NCBI GenBank assembly: GCA_046760505.1
Contig: JBHIEG010000002.1
Location: 32,001-96,000 of the forward strand
Direction of reading: 5' to 3'
DNA: 64,000 nucleotides
Source of the DNA: Candidatus Hydrothermarchaeota archaeon
Lineage (GTDB): Archaea; CAYFZR01
Shown: positions 48,466-59,313 of the stretch, piece by piece
How positions within the stretch are numbered: the stretch's first letter is position 1
Layout of the letters: each line of letters opens with the position of its first letter
Translations under genes and position numbers: made by a program
Notes under the pieces: model-generated
Seen by the model: only the letters and a program-made list of their open reading frames with translations
The model's database searches: none
Told to the model about the DNA's origin: nothing

Positions 48466-50988
48466 AGTCTTTTTAAACTCAAAGAATAAGAATATCAAAG
48501 AAGATACTATTAGTATCTCAACCCAATCCGTTACTCCTATGGAGATCGTCCCGAATATTTCCTGTAAAGGAGGTAGGTACACAGCGGCAAATTGCATGAG
48601 AATAACGACAACGATAGAAACTAAGAGATACTTGTTTGATAATGCTCCAAGTCTAAAGAAAGACTTATCTCTAGACCTACAGTTCAAAGCATTGAATATC
48701 TGGAACATTACGAATGTAGAAAATGCTAATGTCTGTGCTTTTTTCAGGGGAGCCCCGCTCGATATTTCCATATAGAATATTCCCAGCGTACCTAAACTCA
48801 TTATTAGCGCCATTAGAATCATGTCCTTTAGAAGTTCCCTTGAGATTATCTTTTCCTTGGGATCTCTTGGAGGTCTCTTGATGATATCTGGATCTGCGGG
48901 TTCTACTCCTAAACTCTGTGCTGGAGGGCCATCCATGACTACATTTATCCAAAGTATCTGGATTGGATTTAAGATCAAATTCCCACTTATCATACCGCCC
49001 AAAATCGTAGATATTGCGCCTATGCTAGTTGATAGTTGAAAAAGAAGGAAATTCTTTATGTTGTTGTAAATAGATTTACCCTCCTCTATTGCTCTTACAA
49101 TTGTCGCAAAATTATCATCGGTTAAGATAATATCCGAAGCTTCCTTTGCTACGTCGGTACCTGTCTTGCCCATCGCTATTCCAATATCGGCCATCTTTAA
49201 GGCTGGTGCATCGTTTACTCCATCTCCGGTCATTCCTACTATGTATCCCTTCTTCTTAAGTGCCTTCACAATATCTACCTTGTGTTCTGGAAAAACCCTT
49301 GCACAAACTTCAATATTCTCTATATTCTCTAATTTATCCAAATCTATTTCATCAGAAAAAGAAATAACTGTGCCGTCATTTAATATCCCCAATTCCTTTG
49401 CTATGGTAATTGCCGTCTCTTTTGAGTCTCCCGTTAACATTATGATCTTGGCGCCTGTTTCTTTGAATTTTTTTATTGATTCCTTTGCCTCTTCTCTAGG
49501 AGGGTCATGCATCCCCACGAATCCAAGAAAGACCATTTCGCTCTCCAATTCTTCTCCGGCGGTTATATCTTTGTAGGAGAATGCAAGTACGTGCATGCCT
49601 TTTCTAGCCATCTTGGTGTGAATTTCTTGTATTTCCCGCTTTTTATCAGCAGTTAGTTCTACAATACCTTCATCCGTAAAAATATAGGAGCATAGATCAA
49701 GTATTGCTTCAGGTGCTCCCTTCGTGCACACCAGCTCTCTTTCGTTGTATTTATGGATTGTAGACATCCGCTTTCTCAAAGAATCAAATTCCAGCACGTT
49801 TATTCTTTTGTAAACTTTTTCAAGTTCATCTTTTTTTATGTTGAATTTGTTGGCCAAAACTAGCAAGGCTCCCTCTATAGAGGACCCTATTACATTAATT
49901 TCACCATTAAACTCGTCTAGTTCCGCGTTATTGCATAGAGTTGCGACTTTTAGCAAAAGAGAAAGATGCCTGTCTTCCTTTGGATTTATTATCTTTCCTT
50001 TTTTTGTAAGAGTTTCACCAACTTCTATGATATCGTTTGTATAAATTTGTTTGACGCTCATTTCATTTTTTGTTAGGGTGCCGGTTTTATCGGTGCATAT
50101 GATTGAGGCGCTTCCTAACGTTTCTACAGAAGGCAGTCTTCTCACTATGGCGTTATGCTTTGCCATTCTATTTACTCCAAGTGCCAGAGTTATCGTTGTT
50201 GCAACAGGCAATCCTTCTGGTATAGCTGCAACCGCAAGACTGATCGCTGCAGTGAACATCAAAAGTTTATCCATTCCCTGAAATACCCCGATGATAAAAA
50301 CGAGTATGGATACAAGAACTGCGATTATGCTTATTTGCTTTCCCAGTTCCGCTAGTTTAATTTGCAAGGGGGTCTTTTCCTCTTCGATTTGAATTGCCTC
50401 CGCTATTTTTCCTAACTCAGTATTCTTGCCTGTGGAAATAACTTCCCCCAGCGCCCGACCGTAGGTAACGATTGTGCCCATGTAGACTGTATCTCCGGTA
50501 CTCTTTGAAACTGGAACAGATTCTCCCGTGAGGATGGACTCATCTACCTCCAGAACCGCAGAATCCAATATTCTAGCATCGGCAGGTATTTTATCCCCTG
50601 TTTCTATAAGAATGATATCTCCCACAACTACTTCTCTTACAGGGATTTTTTTTCTTCTTCCTTCTCTGATAACCTTTGCTTCCGGTATTACGATTTCTTT
50701 AAGATCCTGAATAGATTTTTCTGATCTGTATTCTTGGGAAAACCCCAACGTACATACCAACAATACCGCAACACTTATCGCAAGAGCATCATGAATATTA
50801 TTGATTAAAACAGATATTAAGGCAGATATCAATAGGAGAACTATCAGAGGATCCTTAAATTGTCTTAAAAATATTAAGCTAGGTTTAATTCTTTTTTTCT
50901 CTTCAATTTCATTGTATCCTAATTTTTCTAATCTTCTTCTAGCCTCTTCCTCATTTAATCCCTTATAAACCCGTGTTTCCATTGACAA
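48454..50988 (-). CDS. P-type cation (probably Ca2+) translocating ATPase
   Basis: TGES, PEGL, DKTGTLT, KGAPE, DPPR and TGDGVNDAPAL motifs. Confidence 0.95.
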   Translation of the reverse strand: MSMETRVYKGLNEEEARRRLEKLGYNEIEEKKRIKPSLIFLRQFKDPLIVLLLISALISVLINNIHDALAISVAVLLVCTLGFSQEYRSEKSIQDLKEIVIPEAKVIREGRRKKIPVREVVVGDIILIETGDKIPADARILDSAVLEVDESILTGESVPVSKSTGDTVYMGTIVTYGRALGEVISTGKNTELGKIAEAIQIEEEKTPLQIKLAELGKQISIIAVLVSILVFIIGVFQGMDKLLMFTAAISLAVAAIPEGLPVATTITLALGVNRMAKHNAIVRRLPSVETLGSASIICTDKTGTLTKNEMSVKQIYTNDIIEVGETLTKKGKIINPKEDRHLSLLLKVATLCNNAELDEFNGEINVIGSSIEGALLVLANKFNIKKDELEKVYKRINVLEFDSLRKRMSTIHKYNERELVCTKGAPEAILDLCSYIFTDEGIVELTADKKREIQEIHTKMARKGMHVLAFSYKDITAGEELESEMVFLGFVGMHDPPREEAKESIKKFKETGAKIIMLTGDSKETAITIAKELGILNDGTVISFSDEIDLDKLENIENIEVCARVFPEHKVDIVKALKKKGYIVGMTGDGVNDAPALKMADIGIAMGKTGTDVAKEASDIILTDDNFATIVRAIEEGKSIYNNIKNFLLFQLSTSIGAISTILGGMISGNLILNPIQILWINVVMDGPPAQSLGVEPADPDIIKRPPRDPKEKIISRELLKDMILMALIMSLGTLGIFYMEISSGAPLKKAQTLAFSTFVMFQIFNALNCRSRDKSFFRLGALSNKYLLVSIVVVILMQFAAVYLPPLQEIFGTISIGVTDWVEILIVSSLIFLFFEFKKTLSL

Positions 50989-51091
50989 GAGGAGATAACC
51001 TATTTTTTATATACTTTTTGACTTATATTTTCAATATATGATCGATATAATGAGGAGCGCTACAGATCGCTGAGAAGCATGGAAGAATTTC

Positions 51092-51277
51092 ATGAAAGGA
51101 AGTGGTTATATGCTTTTTTGTCCGAGGTGTGGCAGCGGAAAATTGAAGTATGCGGTAGATGGCTCCACAGTAAATCTATACAAGTGCAGAGAGTGTGGAT
51201 ACACGGGATCCTTCGTAATTGAAGGATATGAACTCGCAAAAGAAATAAGAAAGAAGTATTTAGTAAAAGAAGATTGA
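51092..51277 (+). CDS. small Zn-ribbon protein
   Basis: FCPRCGS...YKCRECGY. Confidence 0.8.
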   Translation: MKGSGYMLFCPRCGSGKLKYAVDGSTVNLYKCRECGYTGSFVIEGYELAKEIRKKYLVKED

Positions 51278-51317
51278 AGATTAGAAATAGAACGAAGAGA
51301 ATAAAAGAGATGATGGA

Positions 51318-51389
51318 AAACAAAATAAAAGAAGGGGGGGTTTGAGGGCATCTCTTTTTGATTGGGGAAGGCAAGCGATGCCCTCTGCC
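51318..51389 (-). ncRNA. candidate small RNA 1 (GC stem, C-rich loop)
   Basis: BRE/TATA AAAAA-TTTTATAAG (about 51420-51407); perfect 9-bp stem 51385-51377/51352-51344; loop contains CTTCCCCA; then C7 and a T-rich tail. Confidence 0.45.
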
Positions 51390-51452
51390 AAAATACAACA
51401 AATTCACTTATAAAATTTTTGCTCCTGAGTCGGTAATTATTCGAGTACAGTT

Positions 51453-54251
51453 TTAGTCCCAGAATCTTCTTGTTCTGGCAAATGTTCTCTCTGCTTCAAT
51501 CAAGTCTTTCAAAAAACCTTCATAATCTTTATTTTGAGAGAGTACCCTTGAGCCTATCTCTGGACCCACTCCTCTAGCAGCTAATGCAATCAAGGCTCTC
51601 TTACCATAGTTCATATAGAGATTTGCTGTCTTCCATGCCTTCTTTACTTTTTCCTGCTCCTGTTCATCCAGTATTTTCCCATTTTTATATTTTTTAATTA
51701 ATCCCGGCATTTCTTTGTCCCAAGTTCTTACTATTGCTAAAAACTTTGATCGGCAATTCGGACACGCCATGTCATCTGGCACACTCTTTATTCTTAGAGT
51801 TGTGTTCCATTTTCCACAGTAAACACAAAGAAGCATGACTCTTTCATTAAGTAATCTGTTTTCGACTATCTTCAATATCGCTCTGTCTGCCCTTTTGGGA
51901 GACATGAGTTCTCTGGTTGCATCCATACCAAGTCTTGATATGGGCGATAGAGTAGATGTCCTTACTACTGAAAGCTTAATTTCTCCACTTTTTAATTTTT
52001 CAAGTACGTACTCCGCTTTCTTTATGTCAAGTTTCTCCTGCAGTAGTTCTCTAAAAGTTTCCTCGTAAAGAGGAGTATTATCATACAGAGCAAGAGCCTT
52101 TTTTACGTCGAAATCACTTAGGGTGGCATCCTTTTCAATCACGCCGAATCTTCTACATACATGCAGTAATTTCCAGAAAAACATTGGACTGCGCTTTAAG
52201 GTCTTCTCTAATATTAAAGATAGATGACTCGGTTCTAGCATATCTATTATCTCCAAAAAAGCCTCAGGTCTGTTTACTGGCAGCTCAAAAATGATTCGAT
52301 ACGGATCTACCTGCAAAGAAACACTTGCTCCGAACCTTGCTGTTAAAAGGTCTGCAATAATTCTTCCCAAGGTTTCATTTGTTAGAGAGCCAAAACACGC
52401 GTTAACTATAATGTAGTTATCGCATATTTCAACCACAATCTCATCATGAGAGGCGAGAGGTACACCTAATTTTTTATGCTGATTTATTTTGTTTATGGCT
52501 CGCAATATAGATTTCTCATCCACAGGATAATGTTTGCAGAAGATTTTTGCGATTTCCTTTGGTTTTAGATACTCCAGATATTTCATTATCATTTTCCTAA
52601 CGTAGCCGACTTCTTGAGCCACTTCAAAGGGCACTGGAATCTCTTCTCCTACCCACGAGGGAATAGCCCCCCTTACCTCATCTATGTTTTGAACCACTAT
52701 CGTATCATCTTTTACATCAAGAATCTGCCATGTATGGCCTTTGCATATAAAAGTAGTACCTATTTCAGCGTAATTTACCACAAAAGATTCATCCAGTACG
52801 CCAATCGGACCTTGGGAGACGTCATTTATTTTATACTTCTTTTCATCAGGTATCATGGAGAGATTCTGATAGTAGTAGGTCCATGTTGACCTTGTTCGGT
52901 AAACCTTATCTCCGTATGTCCGCAATAAACCTGATTCGGATAGGATAGATAATACTTCATCGAATTTTTCTCTAGAAAGTGTTTTAAATGGATAGGCTCT
53001 TTTAATTATACGGTAGATTTCTTCTTTACTAGTATCGGATTTATCCAAGGTTATCCCTGCTATTTGATGAGCAAGTACGTCTAAAGGATTTTGATGGATT
53101 TTTGGGTCTTCTAAGTTCGCATTTAATGACCTTCTTGAGATAACCATTGATTCCAAGATATCATCCGCATTTGTTGAGATAATCACTCCTCTGCTCAATC
53201 TGTCAATGCCGTGGCCCGATCTACCAACTCTTTGAATTAATCGGGTCACCTGCCTTGGGGACATGTACTGTATAACCAGGTCCACAGATCCAATATCGAT
53301 TCCAAGTTCCATGGAAGAAGTGCAAATTATGCCTTTTATTTCTCCGCTCTTAAATGCGTTCTCTGTATCTATTCTCACTTCCTTAGAGAGCGAGCTGTGA
53401 TGAACAGATAAAGGAATGTCCTTGTCAATGAGCCTAAATCGTGAACCCAGTATCTCTGCCAATTCCCTTGTATTTACAAAGATCAGGAGAGAAGTGCATT
53501 CTTTCATGAGTTCTTTTATTCTCCTTATTCTTGCTCCAACCGCCAAAGGGGTGTGTAAAATAGAGGCAAGTTCTCTATCTCCCTTTTTTAAAATTGGACT
53601 TTCTACTTCAAGAGATAGTTCCTTTGAAACGTTCACCTCTAAAATTTCTACGTTTTTACCTAGGAAATCTGCTATTTTTTCTGGGTTTCCTATCGTAGCG
53701 GAAAGTCCTATTCTCTGGAAATTTGGTCTAATTTCCTCCAACCTTTCTAGAGCAACAGTTAATTGAGACCCTCTCTTATTATCCGCAAGTTCATGTATTT
53801 CGTCTACAACTACCCACTTCAAAGATTTAAGATTCTCTCTCATCCTCTTACCTGGAAGTATTGCTTGCAGCGTCTCAGGGGTGGTTATTAAAATGTCTGG
53901 GGGAGCCTCCCTTTGTTTTCTTCTTTCAGCACTTGTTGTATCCCCATGCCTCACTGAGATAGAGATGCCTAACTTCTCGCACCACCACCTCATTCTCTCA
54001 AGTAAATCTCTATTGAGAGCTCTCAGGGGAGTTATGTAAAGAATTTTAATCCCTTTTTCTTCTTCACCTGATTTCAATAACATATCGAATACTGGAAGGA
54101 GAACTGCCTCTGTTTTTCCCATACCTGTTGGTGCCACCAATAGAAGGTTCTTTCCTCTCAGAATTAATGGAATCGCCTGTGTCTGGGGTTCAGTAAACCT
54201 TTCAAACCTCGAATCAATTAAATTTTTGATACGCTCTGAAAGCAGATCCAT
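51453..54251 (-). CDS. lhr: Lhr-family DExH helicase with C-terminal Zn finger
   Basis: APTGMGKT, TPLRAL, DEIH, SAT, HHSSL, ELGID and QRVGRSGH; CVYC...CPNC. Confidence 0.92.
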   Translation of the reverse strand: MDLLSERIKNLIDSRFERFTEPQTQAIPLILRGKNLLLVAPTGMGKTEAVLLPVFDMLLKSGEEEKGIKILYITPLRALNRDLLERMRWWCEKLGISISVRHGDTTSAERRKQREAPPDILITTPETLQAILPGKRMRENLKSLKWVVVDEIHELADNKRGSQLTVALERLEEIRPNFQRIGLSATIGNPEKIADFLGKNVEILEVNVSKELSLEVESPILKKGDRELASILHTPLAVGARIRRIKELMKECTSLLIFVNTRELAEILGSRFRLIDKDIPLSVHHSSLSKEVRIDTENAFKSGEIKGIICTSSMELGIDIGSVDLVIQYMSPRQVTRLIQRVGRSGHGIDRLSRGVIISTNADDILESMVISRRSLNANLEDPKIHQNPLDVLAHQIAGITLDKSDTSKEEIYRIIKRAYPFKTLSREKFDEVLSILSESGLLRTYGDKVYRTRSTWTYYYQNLSMIPDEKKYKINDVSQGPIGVLDESFVVNYAEIGTTFICKGHTWQILDVKDDTIVVQNIDEVRGAIPSWVGEEIPVPFEVAQEVGYVRKMIMKYLEYLKPKEIAKIFCKHYPVDEKSILRAINKINQHKKLGVPLASHDEIVVEICDNYIIVNACFGSLTNETLGRIIADLLTARFGASVSLQVDPYRIIFELPVNRPEAFLEIIDMLEPSHLSLILEKTLKRSPMFFWKLLHVCRRFGVIEKDATLSDFDVKKALALYDNTPLYEETFRELLQEKLDIKKAEYVLEKLKSGEIKLSVVRTSTLSPISRLGMDATRELMSPKRADRAILKIVENRLLNERVMLLCVYCGKWNTTLRIKSVPDDMACPNCRSKFLAIVRTWDKEMPGLIKKYKNGKILDEQEQEKVKKAWKTANLYMNYGKRALIALAARGVGPEIGSRVLSQNKDYEGFLKDLIEAERTFARTRRFWD

Positions 54252-54305
54252 GGATTAAACTAGAAAAGGATAACTATAAATCTCGCGCACTCCATAGTAG
54301 GATCG

Positions 54306-54965
54306 ATGAAAGTCAGTGTGGTAATACCTGCTTACAACGAAGAACGATTTATAGGCAATTTGCTAGAAAAAATACCAAAAAAATATCAAATTATAGTGGT
54401 AGATGATGGATCCACTGATAACACTAGTAAAGAGGCTCAAATCCATGATGTAGAGGTTATCAGACATGATGAAAATAAAGGAAAAGGAGAAGCTATAAAA
54501 ACCGGACTCGGGAAAGCAAACGGAGATGTTGTTGTGTTCATGGATGCTGACTTCCAGCATGATCCTTCTCACATAGAGAGAATTATAGAGCCTATTTTAA
54601 GGGATGAAGCAGACGTTGTAATCGGTTCTCGGTTGTTATCAAACTATAAAGGCATGCCCTATCAGAGAAGATTAAGCAACTGGATTTCATCCCTCACTTT
54701 TAGGTTGATTACGGGATTAGAGATTAGAGATGTCCTCTGTGGTTACAGAGCGTTCAAAAAAGATGCGCTATCCAAAATAGATATCACAGGAAGTAGATAC
54801 GAAGTTGAGATGGAAATGCTAATCAAAGCAGCTAAAAGTGGTCTCAGAATAAAGGAAGTTCCAATAGAAAAGAAATACGGTGAAGAAAAATCAAACATAA
54901 CCATATTGGACTTCCTCAGAACTATCAAAAAGATAATTGAACTTAAAAGAAAGGGTCTTATATGA
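54306..54965 (+). CDS. GT2 glycosyltransferase (DPM1-like)
   Basis: IPAYNE, VDDGSTD, GKG, MDAD.QH and GSR motifs. Confidence 0.9.
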   Translation: MKVSVVIPAYNEERFIGNLLEKIPKKYQIIVVDDGSTDNTSKEAQIHDVEVIRHDENKGKGEAIKTGLGKANGDVVVFMDADFQHDPSHIERIIEPILRDEADVVIGSRLLSNYKGMPYQRRLSNWISSLTFRLITGLEIRDVLCGYRAFKKDALSKIDITGSRYEVEMEMLIKAAKSGLRIKEVPIEKKYGEEKSNITILDFLRTIKKIIELKRKGLI

Positions 54966-56089
54966 TAGTCTATTTATGCTTGCTAATCTCTTTCTCTGGT
55001 GCTCTCTATGCAGGATATTCCGATCTAAAGAGAGGTATAATTCCCAACAAACTGACATTTCCTATGATAGCTACAGGAATCATAATTCACGCACTCCATG
55101 GCGCTTACATCTCGGACTTGCGCGTAGTTATTTCTGGTATCCTAGGGGCATTGGTCTCATTCGTTTTTGGATATGTGCTATGGTTACTCGGTGCTTGGTC
55201 AGGAGGAGACGTAAAACTGCTAACCGGATTTGGAGCTCTGCTTCCTTATGGTATTCCTAAAGTTAGCGATTATCCTGCACTTTCACCCTTTCCACTGGTT
55301 GGTTTTGCCCCTTATCCCTTCTTCTTAACAATATTTCTCAATAGCGTAATCGGAATTGCTCCGTTCCTTCTATTCTATGTTTTTTATGTTGGTAGGGATA
55401 AAAAGGATGAACTTAAAAAGATATTTGAACCTTTTTTAAAGCCGTGGGGTATTTTTGAAACCTCTTTTGTACTGATGGGATTTGGATATGCTGGAATACT
55501 AATTTCTGCCCTCCTTAGATTGAGATTCGCCTTCATCATTGTCTTACCCATGCTCTTCTTGGCTTATCGTCTGGAAATCAGGATAAGAAGATTACTTACC
55601 TTACTTTTCTTAGTTTTGATGTTGATCTCTTATTCCTATGTCTCCAAAGTTCTGGTAATCTGGCTTTACATTTTCTTCATGATATTGATCGTTCAGTTTA
55701 TCATAACCTTTGCGAGTGTTACAAGAACAAAGATACTTGTCGATAGGAAAAGGATTTCCGAATTAAAAGAAGGTGAAATTTCTGGAGAAACCATTTATTT
55801 CAAGGAAGGAAAAGTAATTAGAGAAAGGGGATATGGGATAAAAGAGATCGTTGACATGATACTCAAAGGGGATTTTGATATGTTAAAATCGAGAGACGTT
55901 ATAGTAAGCAGTAAAAGCGCAGCAGGAGTTACACAGGAACAAATAGAGACTCTAAATAAATTAGTAAAAGATGGGAAATTGGAGGACGAAATCATCGTAA
56001 AAAAGGGAATGCCCTATGGACCTGCCTTGTTTTTGGGGCTCTTTATCTCGATGATATTTGGTGATCTGTTCTGGGCGGTCCTGATTTGA
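54962..56089 (+). CDS. A24 prepilin/prearchaellin peptidase, long EppA-like form
   Basis: SDLK..IIPN, GGDVKL aspartyl motifs, extra TM helices, C-terminal GMPY.PAL. Confidence 0.85.
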   Translation: MIVYLCLLISFSGALYAGYSDLKRGIIPNKLTFPMIATGIIIHALHGAYISDLRVVISGILGALVSFVFGYVLWLLGAWSGGDVKLLTGFGALLPYGIPKVSDYPALSPFPLVGFAPYPFFLTIFLNSVIGIAPFLLFYVFYVGRDKKDELKKIFEPFLKPWGIFETSFVLMGFGYAGILISALLRLRFAFIIVLPMLFLAYRLEIRIRRLLTLLFLVLMLISYSYVSKVLVIWLYIFFMILIVQFIITFASVTRTKILVDRKRISELKEGEISGETIYFKEGKVIRERGYGIKEIVDMILKGDFDMLKSRDVIVSSKSAAGVTQEQIETLNKLVKDGKLEDEIIVKKGMPYGPALFLGLFISMIFGDLFWAVLI

Positions 56090-56204
56090 TTTATTGTAGT
56101 ATCAAGCATGCACTTCGCAGGTTTTAAATAGTATCTATTGGTACCCTTTCGCTGGAGCGTAGGGTTTATACAATCACCACCAAGGTAACGGGTGAAAAGA
56201 GAAA

Positions 56205-57002
56205 ATGAAAGAGAATAAAAATATGCTAAAAGGAGTCATGGTGGTTCTGTTTACAGCGATAGTTGTTGCCGTTGTTTTGTGGATAATACCTAGCCTAACT
56301 CCTGTCTCCATAACACAGGAGCTTAAAGAAGATAGACTTTACTCCATTGATCGAGAGGGTCGTCTGATCAGTATTGATCCCCAAACTGCTGAATACACTA
56401 TTGTTACTGGGCTTTACGGTCAAAACCCTGTGCATACTTCACTGGCCTTCAGCCCGGATGGAAAGTTGTTTGGGTATACTAAAACAATAGTAGGATGGGA
56501 GCTCTGTGTGATAGACGTCTCCACAGGGAAAGTAAAATCCATTGGGAAGCCGAATCCAGTATTAGGATTGTTAGGAGGTCTTGCATTTGATCGGCAGGGG
56601 AATTTCTATGGTTTGGGTGCCGGTGCCTCTGCATTGTACTCCATAGATCCAGTAACAGGTGATACCAAACTAATAGGCGAAACTGGTCTAGATGCACTTT
56701 ATTATCATGGATTGGCGATTGATTTTAAGACTGACGAACTCTATGCAGTAATAGGAGGAACTGTAGGTCTCTCAGACAAGCTTGTTCACATTAATAAGAC
56801 TACTGGTAAAGCAACTGTTGTTGGTCTTTTAGATGTATACTATCCATGGGTTGGTGTTGAATTCAGCCCCGTCACGGGTGAGTTGTTTGCAGTTCGCAAC
56901 GGAAACATCCTAATGAAAGTTAATGTCAGCACCGGCAAAGCAACCTATATTGGTACAATGAAGGGGATTGACGTAGCAGGTCTTGCTGCTATCTGGCCGT
57001 AA
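56205..57002 (+). CDS. membrane-anchored beta-propeller protein
   Basis: N-terminal TM; repeated LAF..dG.LY..L..ID..TG blades. Confidence 0.75.
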   Translation: MKENKNMLKGVMVVLFTAIVVAVVLWIIPSLTPVSITQELKEDRLYSIDREGRLISIDPQTAEYTIVTGLYGQNPVHTSLAFSPDGKLFGYTKTIVGWELCVIDVSTGKVKSIGKPNPVLGLLGGLAFDRQGNFYGLGAGASALYSIDPVTGDTKLIGETGLDALYYHGLAIDFKTDELYAVIGGTVGLSDKLVHINKTTGKATVVGLLDVYYPWVGVEFSPVTGELFAVRNGNILMKVNVSTGKATYIGTMKGIDVAGLAAIWP

Positions 57003-57057
57003 AAGCTTACCTGCCACTAGGGATTGCAATCTATACAGGGCTCTTCGAATGTCAGCA

Positions 57058-57741
57058 TCAAAAAATCAAGTGTTTAAATACCAAGTATGTGATTCTGATT
57101 CCTGCTTTCACGCCCTCTAAAGTCCTTCCAGTAATCTTTGACTCTCCAATTCTTTTTCTATACCTCACAGGAACTTCTAAAATTCTTAAATCTCTTCTAG
57201 CAGATTTCAATATCATTTCTGCAGTCCAGCCATAGCCACCTTCCTTCATCCGAAGAGTGATGAGGGAACTGTACCTAATCGCTCTGAATGGAGAGATGTC
57301 GGTTATTTTGACTTTATAAATAGACGAAACTAATTTTGTGAACAATTTGTTGATTAGAATGGATAATTGAGGCATGGAACCCTCTTCCCTTTCGCCTAAG
57401 ATTCTCGATCCAAGAACTAAATCGTATTCGTCATTCATAATGGGTTTTACTAACTTTTCAATTTCTTCAGGAAAATAACTGTAATCTCCATCCATAAAAA
57501 CAACTATGTCCGGTGGGGATTTCTTTATGTAATTCACTCCTGCCAGACAAGCCCTTCCATAGCCTCTTTCTGGCTCAAAAATAACTTCGGCTCCTCTTAT
57601 TTCCGCTACTTCCGCAGACTTATCGTTACTTCCATTGTCAACAACTAGTATATCGTCCACCAATTCTTTAGGTATCTCATCTATGACCTTTCCAATTGCC
57701 TCCTCTTCGTTCAGTACCGGTATTATAGTCGAGACTTTCAT
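57058..57741 (-). CDS. GT2 glycosyltransferase
   Basis: IPVLNEE, VDNGS.D, RGYG.AC, MDGD and GSR; start reassigned to ATG 57741. Confidence 0.9.
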   Translation of the reverse strand: MKVSTIIPVLNEEEAIGKVIDEIPKELVDDILVVDNGSNDKSAEVAEIRGAEVIFEPERGYGRACLAGVNYIKKSPPDIVVFMDGDYSYFPEEIEKLVKPIMNDEYDLVLGSRILGEREEGSMPQLSILINKLFTKLVSSIYKVKITDISPFRAIRYSSLITLRMKEGGYGWTAEMILKSARRDLRILEVPVRYRKRIGESKITGRTLEGVKAGIRITYLVFKHLIF

Positions 57742-57852
57742 GATCTCACTTGAAAGAGATTCCTCACACAAATCTTTGATTGATCTGGTCGTATAAATTT
57801 TTCTATTTAGAAAAATTGCTCTCAGTAAAAACTAAGCCAAGATCATTTGTCT

Positions 57853-59016
57853 CTAGCTTAATTTTCTTGTTTTTCCACTTCTGTACTTCTCTATGTTCTC
57901 TTCATGAAGCTCAACGCCAAGTCCTGGTCCCTTTGGAACGTACAAGTTGCCATTTTTATATTTGGGAGGCACCTCTACTATATCCATATCAAAACCTTTA
58001 CTCTCTGTGATACCAAAGATCTGCAAAGGTCCGTCGAACCCGAAGCCAAATCTATCAATAAGATACTCGGTAGAGCAGGCAAAGTGAGCGTTCGCTGCCG
58101 TGCCTATCCCAAGTTCTGTCATGCTGCATGCAATACACCCTATTTTAAACTTCTTTGCTATCTCTACTATCTTTCTAGTTGGAAAAAAGCCACCGCTTCT
58201 CATGAGTTTAATCAAAAAAAGTTTACAAGCGCCCAATTGCGCGAAATTCATGGCCTCTTGAGGAGTAGGTACGCTTTCATCCACCATTATAGGAATCTCG
58301 GAATTTTCGGTCAGGTATTTATATCCTAAAATGTCCCATCTTGGAAGGGGCTGTTCTAGCACTTCTATGTAATTCTTTAGTGCATTTATTATTTTTATGG
58401 CTTCATCTACACTGTATGCCTGATTAGCATCAGCTATAAGAGGAATTTCTCCTGAAACTTCTCTAATGGCTTTGACTCTTTCTACATCGTCCTCAATCTT
58501 TTTTGAACCTATCTTTACTTTCAGGTGTCTGTAGCCTTTTTTCAAGTATTTCACCGCATCATCGATCATTCCTCTATTTCCTCCTCCCCAGCTGATCGTC
58601 CATAAAATTGGTAGTTTTCCTCTTAATTTCTCTCCAAAAAGATTATAAACAGGAATTCCCATGGATTTAGCCTTTAAATCGTGTAGAGCAATATCTAATC
58701 CACTCTTGGCACATGTATGTCCCAATAGCAGATTATCCATAAGATTCCAAATGCTTTCTATGTTCGTTGGATCTTTTCCAATCAAGTTGGGACCCAATGT
58801 TTTATAAATCGTGTAGATAGCTGTTTCCTGTGTTTCGCCCGAGTAAGATGGTATCAAAGGAGAAACCTCTCCTAGACCGTATTCTCCTTCATCCGTGTTT
58901 ATTATTACGATCAGATTGTTTGCCTCTTTGTTTATCCCAACATGAATCGGTATCGGTTTTACATAGGGAACTTTAACAGGGATAAGTTCAATGCCAACTA
59001 TCTTCATTTTTCCCAC
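57853..59016 (-). CDS. mandelate racemase/muconate lactonizing enzyme superfamily protein
   Basis: G.GE, DIALHDL, KVK, DAN, EQP, DES, K and PKGPGLG motifs. Confidence 0.9.
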   Translation of the reverse strand: MGKMKIVGIELIPVKVPYVKPIPIHVGINKEANNLIVIINTDEGEYGLGEVSPLIPSYSGETQETAIYTIYKTLGPNLIGKDPTNIESIWNLMDNLLLGHTCAKSGLDIALHDLKAKSMGIPVYNLFGEKLRGKLPILWTISWGGGNRGMIDDAVKYLKKGYRHLKVKIGSKKIEDDVERVKAIREVSGEIPLIADANQAYSVDEAIKIINALKNYIEVLEQPLPRWDILGYKYLTENSEIPIMVDESVPTPQEAMNFAQLGACKLFLIKLMRSGGFFPTRKIVEIAKKFKIGCIACSMTELGIGTAANAHFACSTEYLIDRFGFGFDGPLQIFGITESKGFDMDIVEVPPKYKNGNLYVPKGPGLGVELHEENIEKYRSGKTRKLS

Positions 59017-59196
59017 CGACTCTTCATTTTTCGTATCAACAATTCTTCCTAAATTGTAATTTTACATGGTAAAAAGTATGGGCAAATGGAAATAAATATT
59101 GGGTCAAATTTGCAAATTTTTAGACAAATTAGTTTAGAAAAGTCTTTTGTAGGATTTCGTCTCCTAATTAAATGAGAGAAAAACAAGGAGATGCCT

Positions 59197-59313
59197 ATGG
59201 AATTTGCGTACCATCACAGGAGTTTAAGGATTATAGGTTCCGTGGTTCGATTTATATTTATACTCTCAGTACTGCTGGTGATTTTTACCCTTTCTTTATT
59301 AATTCTTTTTTAA
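59197..59313 (+). CDS. putative 38-aa single-TM peptide (absent from the ORF track)
   Basis: MEFAYHHRSLRIIGSVVRFIFILSVLLVIFTLSLLILF; AAGGAG RBS 6 nt before the ATG. Confidence 0.5.
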   Translation: MEFAYHHRSLRIIGSVVRFIFILSVLLVIFTLSLLILF

